NCBI GenBank assembly: GCA_000320545.1
Contig: ADNK01001575.1
Span: 1 to 61,850 of the forward strand
DNA from: Bigelowiella natans CCMP2755
Taxonomy: Eukaryota > Protista > Cercozoa
DNA length: 61,850 nt
Reading direction: 5' to 3'
Numbering within the stretch: the stretch's first letter is position 1; the number at the start of each line of letters is the position of its first letter. A program made the position numbers and the translations under genes. The notes below the pieces were generated by a model. That model saw only the letters and a list, made by a program, of their open reading frames with translations, ran no database searches and was not told the origin of the DNA. Below are positions 52,779 to 61,850 of this stretch, piece after piece.

Positions 52779-53822
52779 CTAGTAGCTAGCGTCTCCAGGC
52801 ACTATGGCCATTGGGGTAGTCCAGAAGTTCCCGAACGCTTTGGTGTGACAGTCACTGATGTTTTCGCCGCCGTTACAGAGTCGTACCACAGCAGTGCCTT
52901 GAGAAGCGGCGGGCGACTCGAACGGGTCTGCCCCGAGGTAAGTCATGGCCGGTTCTGGTCCGATCCAACGAAGGTTACGGAATTTCCTACAGAGCGCTTT
53001 ACCGCGTATTCGTGTCTTGAGGTCATTCGCCAAACAGTCGGGGTTTTTACCCGAGAGGCAAGCTCCAGCTAGAAAGTAGTCGGGCGGGCATGTTTGATCC
53101 CAAGGATTGTTTTGATGGTTCTTTGAGTCAGGACGATCGATCCATTTCTCGTCGATCTTATTGTCGATTCCACTGGGGAGTTTAGAGCAAGTAAGGAACC
53201 CACTTACTGGCTTCCGTTTGCTGTCACTCGGGTTTACACAGCTAAGGTCTTTACCCGAAGCACACCCCGCTATAGCTACATATCCTTCGGGACAAACTCC
53301 TAAACCTCCCTGTGGTACAGAAACATACTTACGGTCTGACGCTGACTTCCAATCCGGAATATTTCCTTTGAATTCGTTACAATTATCTCCACCCCATCCA
53401 GGGTTACATACGCATTTTGCGTCCTTCAGTGTTCCGTTGTCATTACATTTGTTTGAAGCGGTGAGCCGACAGCCTAATTTATTGTACCCCTGTTTGCCAT
53501 CTACACAACTTTCGCAATTTGATCCTGTGTAATTAGTAAAACATTCACAGACACCATCGTCGTTCTTTTGCCCTTTTCCACTACAAGGATTTACATGAGT
53601 TTGGTGTTTATTATCGCTACCCGAACCTGACCCAGATCCAGAACTTGATGAACTTGATCCAGAACTTGAACCAGAACTTGATCCAGAACTTGATCCAGAA
53701 CTTGAACCAGAAGCAGAACCTGGGATGCGGGTATTCTGGGGCTTACTTGAGTTTTTCTTACCGGAATTCCACCATAGGAAAATACCAATAAGAGAAATGG
53801 CCAATAGCACGATGATGATCGC
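52779..53822 (-). pseudogene. 5'-truncated virus-like membrane protein: TM helix, Ser/Gly linker, EGF-like and Cys-rich repeats
   Basis: CECFTNYTGSNC and CVCNPGWGGDNC EGF motifs; intronless; the frame opens at 53822 after a stop with no ATG. Confidence 0.7.
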
Positions 53823-54188
53823 TTAGTCTCTCGAAACGCGCACGGTTGGCCGTCGAGAAGATCCCCGCGCAGAAGAAGTTGCTCCAGGAGCAGCTCCAGA
53901 AGAAGATCGAGGCGATCGGTGAGAGTGAAGGGTCCGCGGAGACCCGCAAGAAGCTGGAGAACCGTTATGGCCGGAAGATCTCCCGATGTGACCGCATCGC
54001 CCAAAAATTCGAAGCCGGTCCCAAACTGACAATCAACTCATCCGACTGGCAGTTCCTGAACAAGATGAGGCAGACAAAGAAGACGCCGTCAGGGTACATG
54101 CTTTTCGCACAAAGCATCCGCGCTCGCATCAAAGAGGAAAACCCGAACTCGACCTTTGGGGACATCGGGAGGTTGATAGGCATACACT
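53819..54188 (+). pseudogene. HMG-box gene fragment truncated at both ends
   Basis: [35 protein letters not shown] corresponds to HMG helices 1-2 and breaks before the conserved Trp; no ATG upstream of the coding segment; GC-rich codons unlike its neighbours. Confidence 0.8.
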
Positions 54189-54386
54189 CAGAAGGTGAAT
54201 TTTTTTTTGGGGCTGGATCCCGGCCTCTTAGAACTAAAATGATACCTAGTATCATTCTAATGTACGCATCCAAATCTGTGAGTAATTCACGGGAAAAGGA
54301 GGCATTTCTTCTTAAGGAAGTAGGTTTTATTGCCCTTTTGCAAAAGGGTGGTAAGGTCGCTAGTACACAACTAAACTTCCAACCAT

Positions 54387-54668
54387 CTAGCCGCAGTAAA
54401 ATGCAGTTGGCTGTGAGATCACCACTGACATGTGGAGGCGGCAGTAATACTCGCCGAGTTCCGGCGCGCGCGGGCACCTACGTCCTTGCCGGGTGTAACA
54501 CGCGCACCGTCGAGGCTTCCCCGCGATCCTGACGAGTTTTTTGGTCTTAGTTTCATTTGCGATATCTTTCTTGAGTTCGTCCACGCTGAACTCGTCATCG
54601 CTGTCACTGAAGTACATCTCAGAGCTCTTTTTCTCGCTTTCAGCCTGAACGATGGCATCCTCGCTTAG
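54387..54668 (-). pseudogene. 3' fragment of an acidic protein with a C-x8-C-x9-C-x2-H zinc finger (giant-virus-like)
   Basis: [25 protein letters not shown]; the frame stays open upstream to 54668, where it hits a stop. Confidence 0.55.
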
Positions 54669-55321
54669 TTACCAGTACGACCGTATCGGCAGTTCTCCGT
54701 CATCTTCTAATAACATTCTGGTAGAGTATAGTTACGACTCGGAACTCTCTCTGCTCGAAGGGTTCCGTGATCATATAGTAGCGACTGACCCGGTAAGCGT
54801 ATAATACCCTTCCCAAATGCAGTTTCTGAAAATACTTGTGTATGGTAGGACCTAATCACGGCGTACAACTCGGACTCATTCGACTGGCCGTTTCTCGGCA
54901 AACGTTTCGATTATTTACGAGGAAAGGAATATCTCTCGCGTTTCCCGTTTTTCTCACGACTGATTCTTCACGAAAACGAGATCCAGGAGCAAGAATTTAG
55001 TTCAGGGGCTTTTGGGAGCTCCGTAAGTTATCGTTATAAGATGCCAGGAAGAGTAGGAGTCGACCTCTACCCTTACCTGAAACGCAACTTCAAATTCCGG
55101 AGCTACAAACTGAACGAGGTGTCCAAAGAACTTTTAGGTCGCCAGAAAGTAGATCTACCGATAAAGGATATGTTTTCGCACTTCAAGAGCAGGGACCCCG
55201 CTCGTCTAAAGGAGATTCACCGGTATTGCCTAATGGATACACTTCTCCCTCTCGATATATGGCAGTCGCAATGCATCCTTGAATCTATCATAGAAATGGC
55301 GCGCGTCACCTACGTCTTCCC
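54661..55321 (+). pseudogene. polB: Family B DNA polymerase fragment (3'-5' exonuclease region), giant-virus-like, with one spliceosomal intron
   Basis: YDSELSLLEGF...DP|DLITAYNSDSFDWPFL...MPGRVGVDLY...RSYKLNEVS...YCLMDTLLP...EMARVT; it stops before the RGQ motif. Confidence 0.9.
54793..54848 (+). other. 56-nt GT-AG intron in the polB fragment
   Basis: GTAAGC...GGTAG; removal restores the conserved DPDLITAYN (ExoII) motif in frame, phase 0. Confidence 0.85.
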
Positions 55322-55850
55322 AAAAGGGACCCAGAAAGTCTGGTTCGAGTTTGCCCGGTTCTGCTCGAAAGCCGATACGGCCGAGACTATCGTACGCCTG
55401 GCCATCGAGCTCGAAGACCCTGTAAGGGTCGAAGACCTTACGGATATCTTCGCGCATTCGCGCTAACGAGCACCGACCACCGGTGAAGATTTCGCCGGGG
55501 TGGCGCGGTACAAGCTCCAGTCCGTTCGGCGATACCGAAACGTCCTGTTCTTCCGCGTGCCGTGCATGGTGAACTCGAGCGCCTGCCACAATCTCCCATC
55601 GTGTCCAATCCTTGCCCAGGTTACACGTTGGGCCTCCTGGCTTCATCGCCGGGAAAGCGTCGGCTACCAGCTGAGAACACAAGATTCTGAAACCCTCGGT
55701 GTTCTCTTCCTTTTGGATCTGATCGAACAGGTCTTCTTTGGCTCGATCGAATGGTCGGAGAGACTTCAGTACAGGGTGGTACAGCCGTTCGGGGAGAAAA
55801 TACTCTCTCATAGTTTCGAATGGGGTCACTTGGAACTGGATCACTTTCAT
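55322..55850 (-). pseudogene. 3'-truncated intronless ORF of unknown function, fused tail-to-tail to the polB fragment
   Basis: ATG at 55850 preceded by AAA; the frame runs on into the antisense strand of polB after about 55322. Confidence 0.5.
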
Positions 55851-56661
55851 TTTAATGTGTGAGTGAGGAAAAGTATTTTATAAACGTCCGGATGAAATTC
55901 GTAAACAGTGACGCGAACGATTGGAAGAATTGTAGGAAATTGTTCATTTTGTTTGTTTGTCTGACAGACAAAAAAGAAAAGAAAAAACTTTTTTAGTGGC
56001 CATTTTTTCTAAATTGTAGCATTTTGTTTGCACTCTATTCTTGCCCAGCCATGTCCTGAATCATTGTCGACGACGACAACGATACCATTTTTTCTTGCGA
56101 AATATAATCAGCAATATCCTTCATTTAGCATGTTAAGACACAAGCATCTTCCTATTTATTCAATGAAAAAAGGATGATTATTTTTCTCCGCCGATATTTT
56201 ATTTATTTTTTGGTCAGATATTGATTACGACATGATAATTTCGGTTGTTCCTAACAATAAATGACATTTATCATCAACGACAGCTAATAATACTCTTTTC
56301 TTGTATGAAAACCCTGGCAGGGTCTCGCCTGTTTTTCCAACACTCTATTGGCTTGTTAAGTTTCCTCGCTTCTTTCTCAATGTAGTCACGTTCCTATTGT
56401 TGAAACTTTCCCTCTTGTTGTCCTTTGTTCCTGCCTCCTTCCCTTAGATTCCTCCTACACCTGGAATCATATATTTGTTTATTATATAACTGTTCAATTT
56501 TTTTTTTGGTTTAATCGATATGAAATAGCACGGCCTCACTTGCTTTTACCCTTCTCCTCCCTGTCCATTTCTCCTTCGAACCCCAAAGAGGACAAACTCG
56601 TTTACTCAACAACATCTGGCATTTCTTGAAAAGAATACTAATTCATAATTCCTAAGTAACA

Positions 56662-57978
56662 ATGAAGATGATCTACGGGCTGCTGATGGTAGTCGCGACG
56701 ACCTCGGCAATCAGGTCTCCGGTGTCGAAGAAGGTGACAATCGCTTTAGGCAACACATTCCAGAAAGTGCCTAAAGCCAAGCTAAAAAAAGCACGCAACG
56801 GTAAAGCCAAGCAATGGGATTACACGTTGTATGTGAAGCAGCTCAACGGCGAAGCTGGTGCAGTCAGCAAAGTCATGTTCTATCCGGACATAATTGAAAA
56901 CACCTACAAGCCTGCTTCATACCTAGGGGAGAAGACCAACAACGGCAAGATGTTTTCCACGAGGCATGATTGCTGGGGACGGTCGCTAGCCAGTGCGCAT
57001 GTCACCTTGAAAGATGGCTCAGTCCACAAACTCAAGAAGGCGATTCGCATGCGTGAGAAGAATGATCTTGTTTTCAATTTGGAGTACACAGAGTCTAAGA
57101 AGAAGAAGAAGCCTGCCAAAAAGTCTGTCAAGAAGCTACATCGCCTCATGTCAAATCGAAAATTTGGCGTTGAAGTCGAATTTGTATCAAAGTTAGCACA
57201 AAAAAGGGTCCTTTGCGATGCAGTAGAAAGAGCGACCTCCACGCCTTGCTTGGATCGCGGCTACGACAAAAAGACGACGAAGGCATGGAAAATTGTGCCG
57301 GATGAATCGATCTCGGCAGGCTTTGAGATTGTAAGCCCCATTCTGAGTGGGGAAAAGGGCCTCAGGGAACTTGGCGATGCCATGGATGCCATAGAAAGCT
57401 GCGACGGCGTCTTTGTGTCGGATACATGTGGCTTGCACGTGCACATTGACATGACTGGCGTCGAGTTTAAAATGCTCAAGCGCATCTGCCAAAATTGGAT
57501 AAAGTACGAGACAGGAATAGACTTAATGCTGGAGAAGCAACGCAGCAACGAAGCGGAGAATGAATACTGCCTAAGTGTTCGCGAGAACATGAAGTTCAGA
57601 GAGCTCTGGAATGATGACGCAATTCGTCTTATCGGCGAGGCTAAAAACGTAAACGCACTTGCGAAAATGATGAACGCCCACCCTGAGAACAGACAGAGAT
57701 ACTTCAAGCTAAACCTGCAGAACTGTGTATCGAAAAAAAGAAATACCCTCGAGTTTCGTGCTCATGAGGGCACGGTTGATGCGAAGGCAGCAAAAAACTG
57801 GGTGCGTTTTCTAATTGCATTCGTACAAATGTCGATCCAAAGCCCGACGCCGAAACCCTTTTCCGACAATGCTAATAAGAAAGACGTGTTCAATCACCTT
57901 TTGACGCACTTCATTCCGGAACACAACCCACCACTGCTCGACTATTACACTGACTTTTGCAACAATTGTTGGTACTGA
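56662..57978 (+). CDS. Intronless signal peptide + YEATS-like domain + putative amidoligase (Amidoligase_2, COOH-NH2 ligase family)
   Basis: RKFGVEVEF, WKIVPDESI, GFEIVSPIL, TCGLHVHI, RYFKLNL and TLEFRAH are amidoligase motifs. IALGNT...WDYTLYV...VSKVMF...F...WG...VTLKDG fits a YEATS pattern. Hydrophobic N-terminus. Confidence 0.8.
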   Translation: MKMIYGLLMVVATTSAIRSPVSKKVTIALGNTFQKVPKAKLKKARNGKAKQWDYTLYVKQLNGEAGAVSKVMFYPDIIENTYKPASYLGEKTNNGKMFSTRHDCWGRSLASAHVTLKDGSVHKLKKAIRMREKNDLVFNLEYTESKKKKKPAKKSVKKLHRLMSNRKFGVEVEFVSKLAQKRVLCDAVERATSTPCLDRGYDKKTTKAWKIVPDESISAGFEIVSPILSGEKGLRELGDAMDAIESCDGVFVSDTCGLHVHIDMTGVEFKMLKRICQNWIKYETGIDLMLEKQRSNEAENEYCLSVRENMKFRELWNDDAIRLIGEAKNVNALAKMMNAHPENRQRYFKLNLQNCVSKKRNTLEFRAHEGTVDAKAAKNWVRFLIAFVQMSIQSPTPKPFSDNANKKDVFNHLLTHFIPEHNPPLLDYYTDFCNNCWY

Positions 57979-58234
57979 CACACAGCCGGAACTAGAAAAT
58001 TAGAATGTTTCAAAAAACAACTTGTAAGTATAATCGATCATGGAGATTCTGCATCCATTTAGTACTACCACATGTGTAGTGCTAGAGTGGTTATGAGTGC
58101 TGTTTTTGCCGTCAGAGAAGCACATGATCCATTGTCATCATGAAGTATTACAACATTTGTCTCTTATTTGCGTACACGCGCTTTGGTGTGACTGCCAGTA
58201 CCATGACTACTAAAACGCATCGATCTGTATGTAG

Positions 58235-58540
58235 CCCCATGAGGCCACAGAGCGCACTGGGTCCAAAACACACATGTTCCCAGTCAGCTGAAAAGGAATC
58301 AAGAACTGCTGCGCGCATTGCACGACATCATCGGCCTAACGAGGATGCATTCTCATGCATGAAACACATTGTGGCAGAAACCAATGGATGCAACATCAGC
58401 GCTGTAGCCGCCACATTGCACAGCTACATCAGGATGACCATTGAAAAGATTTGATCAATTCATCACATCCGTCTCACTACACCACATGTGTGCATGTGCA
58501 CATGTGTGCATCTGAAGGCAAAGTTTTTGGTCGCAATGAG
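58235..58540. other. TpA-purged tract containing a 14-unit CA/TG run
   Basis: 4 TpA in about 305 bp (CTAA, GTAG, CTAC, CTAC). Confidence 0.75.
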
Positions 58541-58549
58541 TAGTAGTAG

Positions 58550-59082
58550 TGACTACAGGCAGCAAATGATGGAGGAGGCGGGATTCCACCAGGCCCAAAT
58601 GATGGAGGAGGCGGGATTCCACCAGGCACAAATGATGGAGGAGGCGGGATTCCACCAGGCACAAATGATGGAGGAGGCGGGATTCCACCAGGCACAAATG
58701 ATGGAGGAGGCGGGGTTCCACCTCCTTTAGGGGTTTGATTCACATCTTGAATGGGAGGAGACTGGACTACAAATTGCGGAGGAGGCGGGATTTCAGCAGG
58801 TACTGTAGTAGACTGTGTTTTGTCCACACTGGGGGGAGACTGGACTACCGTATTTGCATCTTCTTTATTTTGTGTGATCTCGCTCGTCGCCGCAATTTGC
58901 GTATCTTGAGAACGATGAGTAGTTTCTTTGGTGGCGTCTACGCTCTTCGTGTTACTCCCGTCTACACTTTGTTGCTTTTCCTCTCCTTTGCCCTCTTCTC
59001 TCCCTTCTTGTTTATTGTTTTCTCTTTTGTCCTCCAGGCCTGCCACGGTGTTTTCCACCAATCTTGTATGGAATCCAGCAGC
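58550..59082 (-). pseudogene. Gene fragment with formin-FH1-like poly-proline repeats
   Basis: Charged/Thr-rich linker followed by (GGIPPPPSFVP) x5; no start codon and no FH2 domain. Confidence 0.5.
58563..58722. repeat. 33-bp coding tandem repeat, about 5 copies
   Basis: CAAATGATGGAGGAGGCGGGATTCCACCAGGCA units directly abutting. Confidence 0.95.
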
Positions 59083-59129
59083 TCAGCGAACGAGTCGCTC
59101 TGCCCTTTGTGTATGGACAGAAAGCACAT

Positions 59130-59965
59130 GTATGGAGTTGAACGCCGACAGCTAACCCGGAGCGGCTTGACACGCCGGTCAGTTTGAGTTCGCGAAATCG
59201 GACATCTCCTGGCCTAGACGCTGCGATGGTCATACCAATAGCGTTTGCGCCCTGAAAGGTTCCTTCTCGACCGCTAATGTCCAGGGAAGAGGGCTCGGCA
59301 AGGTTCGCGATATCGGATACCTGGACACGTTGCATTTTGCACCCCCTTACAGCGCTCAGTAACAAACCTATCGTGCCCTTGGAAACGTGTGCCATCGAAT
59401 CTAAGTTGTTCTGGAGATAATTCTCCGAAGGAGGGTCTCCAACCCCACTAGCCCAATTACGTACCTCGGGCGAGATCGTACCACGCCCGAAATGGGAAAG
59501 GTAGATCTGCGCATCGGACAGGACGTTGCCTGTGTATGAACCGTCTGTACTACTCGAGGCCTTTCGGTAATTGAAGACATCGCCTACTGGGCCTGTCTGG
59601 ACCTTAGCGTCGGTATACGATTGAGAAAGACCGCTATCAGATGTCAAAGGTAGACCTGGGACTTCGACGTATGCCCCACGAATCTGTCCGATCGAGACGT
59701 CTTGAAGCGTCACGTCGCGCGAAGCTCCTTGGATATCGTCGACAGAGGTAGGTAGCGCGAAGACCGCGACACCACGTGGCGCGAAGAGGATGCCGTACTG
59801 GTTGCCGTCAGTAAACCCAGTGTCGTTGCGAAATGTATCAGACCTGATTCGTCTACCGGCTAAGAAATCCTCCAACGTCTCTGCCATCTCGTTTCTCAAC
59901 CTGGTGCGTAATTGTGAACCGGTGACCTCTTCACCCCTCAAAGTGATAGTGGCACTTGGTCCTCT
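59130..59965 (-). pseudogene. Internal fragment of a virus-like protein, possibly parallel beta-helix
   Basis: Intronless, about 280 aa, with DGNQYGILF, DVTLQDVSIGQI and MAHVSKGTIGL; both ends run into unrelated sequence. Confidence 0.5.
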
Positions 59966-60074
59966 TCTGGGGAACAGGGTGCACATCACTCGCGCGCGCC
60001 ATGCTCTGCAACGCGCGTTTAGCATGCGGTCATACCACGTGTCGCAAATTCCTTCCTATCATATAATATTTTTA

Positions 60075-60570
60075 TCATGGATACATGAACACTTTGAAGT
60101 CGGGTTCTCTGACGATATGTGGGTTAGACTGGTCGTAGTACATGTAGTGAACCTCTCTTAGCGAGACCCCATGAGAAGGTTCTTCCAGAATTTTTGTCAG
60201 TAGAGCGTATAGCTTTTCTTTTCTTTGATCGTAGGTGATTTTGGAGAATATAGATTTTTCCTTGCTATACTTCCTTTGCCTGTGCGGGTTGAACCGAATA
60301 AATATTTTCCGTGTGTACCCATCGAAATCCTCATCCATTATATCGGCCATCCGTTGAGCCTCGCATTTGTAGTCTCCGTTCATGTTTTCGTGTTGGTGTT
60401 CATCACACTCTATTGCTATAATTAGTTTGTTAACCGTAGGAATCAGAAAATCAGGTCGGTACTGATTACATCCACCGATGGTACTCAGGGTCCTATCATG
60501 ATAAAACTTGAGCCCCTTGGATTTCAGATATTCTTTCAACTTTGATGCTCACTTCGTGCTATTCTATTTG
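60075..60570 (-). pseudogene. PD-(D/E)xK-type endonuclease domain of the kind common in large DNA viruses, 5'-truncated/frameshifted
   Basis: YRPDF...IIAIECDEHQH...CEAQRMADI...IFIRFNP; no ATG, and an apparent frameshift near 60540. Confidence 0.75.
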
Positions 60571-60584
60571 TGTCAATTTATACG

Positions 60585-61325
60585 CTAGGAATCCTGTTTT
60601 TCAAATACAAAAACTGGGAAGTACAGTCCGTTTGGGTCGACATCATCAGTAGTTACGACCTTGGCATTCTCGCAATTTGCATGATATGTACCTCGTACCC
60701 CGGTCCAATTTTGGATAATTCCCATACCGCCCTGAAGATAACCCGGCTTTGGCATGGTTACCGTTAATGGTTGTTCATTTTCTATTTTAAGTTGAAATTT
60801 ATTATCTGTATGGTCACCATCCTGCGCCGGAATAACTTCGACATTTTGGTCTGGGTTCAAGGTCAACTTCTTCTCATTCTTATCATAATAGACTTTATGG
60901 TAGCTGTAGAAAAGCCCTTTCTTACCATCCTCCAAAATGACATTCCAGATCGGGTCATTTCCATCACCCTCGGCCTTGAACCCGACGGTACTATAATCGC
61001 TGGAGTCAAGGTACAGTTCACACCTTTCGTAACCTTCATACGGGTAGGTGAAAACCCTGTACCATTTGGGCTGCTGTCCGTGTTTCTTGTCGTCCTTAAG
61101 CCTTAGCCGCATATTCAGCAGAAGAGGTTCGTCATGGATGCTGTGCTCTATAGCTTGGTACATATTCATAATATAATCTGGTAAAGAAACTCCGTGAACC
61201 AAAACCTCCTTCGATATTTTCCAGATTGCATTTTTGGCTATTGATAACATTTTTTCACTGGAACAATCTTGAGCTTTCTCATTCATATGAGTTTTGAATG
61301 CTTTAAAGGTTTTATTGAGTTCGGT
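60585..61325 (-). pseudogene. Intronless unknown ORF, possibly itself a fusion of two fragments near 61100
   Basis: Open 249 aa; base composition shifts around 61100; the 5' end overlaps the zinc-finger fragment in another frame. Confidence 0.45.
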
Positions 61326-61490
61326 GTTTTGCATCGATATGCCGGGTTAAACTCCCCTTGGTCGTGTATCCTTTGCCGCAATCTTTTTGAGGACACTGAA
61401 AGGGTTTTTTAACTTTAGCGGAAGAGGAGGAGGTCGTCTGGTCTACGCGGATACGATGATGTTTTTTCTTTTGTTGTGAGCATGATTGGA
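61312..61490 (-). pseudogene. C2H2 zinc-finger fragment
   Basis: KKPFQCPQKDCGKGYTTKGSLTRHIDAKH. Confidence 0.75.
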
Positions 61491-61599
61491 TCATGATCGT
61501 GTTGCACAATGTGCGCTAGCATGGAGTGTCAACATTGTGAGCGCGCGGTGGTGGTTATATTCAACAAAAGAGGTCGTAGTCACGGTTGGAGAAATTATA

Positions 61600-61850
61600 G
61601 AACCCGGCACAATCCATCCACGCTCGCGCGGCACCGCACGTTGACAAATTACACAATGGGGAACCGAAAACCGGCAAAGGGTGACTAGGACACATCAGAG
61701 CACTGCACGCCACCTTGACACACGACGCGCCTCACTAGCTCACGCGCTCACGTGCTCTCACACACCCCTCACAGCTCACCCATCACCCACTCTCTCACAG
61801 CTCACCCACTCACTTACTCACGGCCACGCAACTCACTCACCGCCGAGAAC
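61600..61850. other. TpA-purged tract with degenerate CTCAC repeats
   Basis: 4 TpA in 250 bp, two of them in CTAG. Confidence 0.65.

Noticed and set aside
53846-54532. 228-aa ORF as one HMG gene
   Set aside because: The HMG box breaks at about 54188 and the rest is read-through into unrelated or antisense fragments.
58563-58722. 33-bp repeats as a CRISPR array
   Set aside because: The units abut without unique spacers, encode a poly-proline repeat, and there are no cas genes; the context is eukaryotic.
52779-61490. Intact endogenous giant virus or Polinton
   Set aside because: No capsid, packaging ATPase, integrase or terminal repeats are present, and most genes are truncated pieces.

Overview
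Intron-rich eukaryotic (probably flagellated protist) nuclear DNA whose introns are packed with (TA)n/(CA)n/(GA)n microsatellites. Host genes recognisable from the sequence: a CFAP57/WDR65-like WD40 + coiled-coil gene, a cyclophilin-domain gene, a gene with a NuSAP/Mink-like motif, an intronless TFIP11/Ntr1 and an ELMO-domain gene. There is one complete, very young Ty1/copia retrotransposon (30571-37669). It has identical 358-bp LTRs, a 5-bp TSD, a half-tRNA-iMet PBS, TG...AA ends and a very large heat-shock-element array. Two signals are not explained by ordinary annotation. (1) Discrete non-genic tracts (about 17.7-19.0, 30.3-30.6, 38.85-39.45, 39.85-40.85, 52.7, 58.2-58.55 and 61.6-61.85 kb, plus the LTRs) have lost almost all TpA except inside CTAG, with CpG retained and an apparent (TA)14 converted unit by unit to CA/TG. 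This looks like a context-specific A>G/T>C hypermutation, the mirror image of fungal RIP. (2) About 52.8-61.5 kb is a mosaic of short, truncated giant-virus-like gene fragments (EGF, HMG box, Zn finger, PolB with a spliceosomal intron, nuclease and others) joined in both orientations and bracketed by the TpA-purged tracts. All counts were made by eye, gene boundaries are approximate, and no database searches were run.
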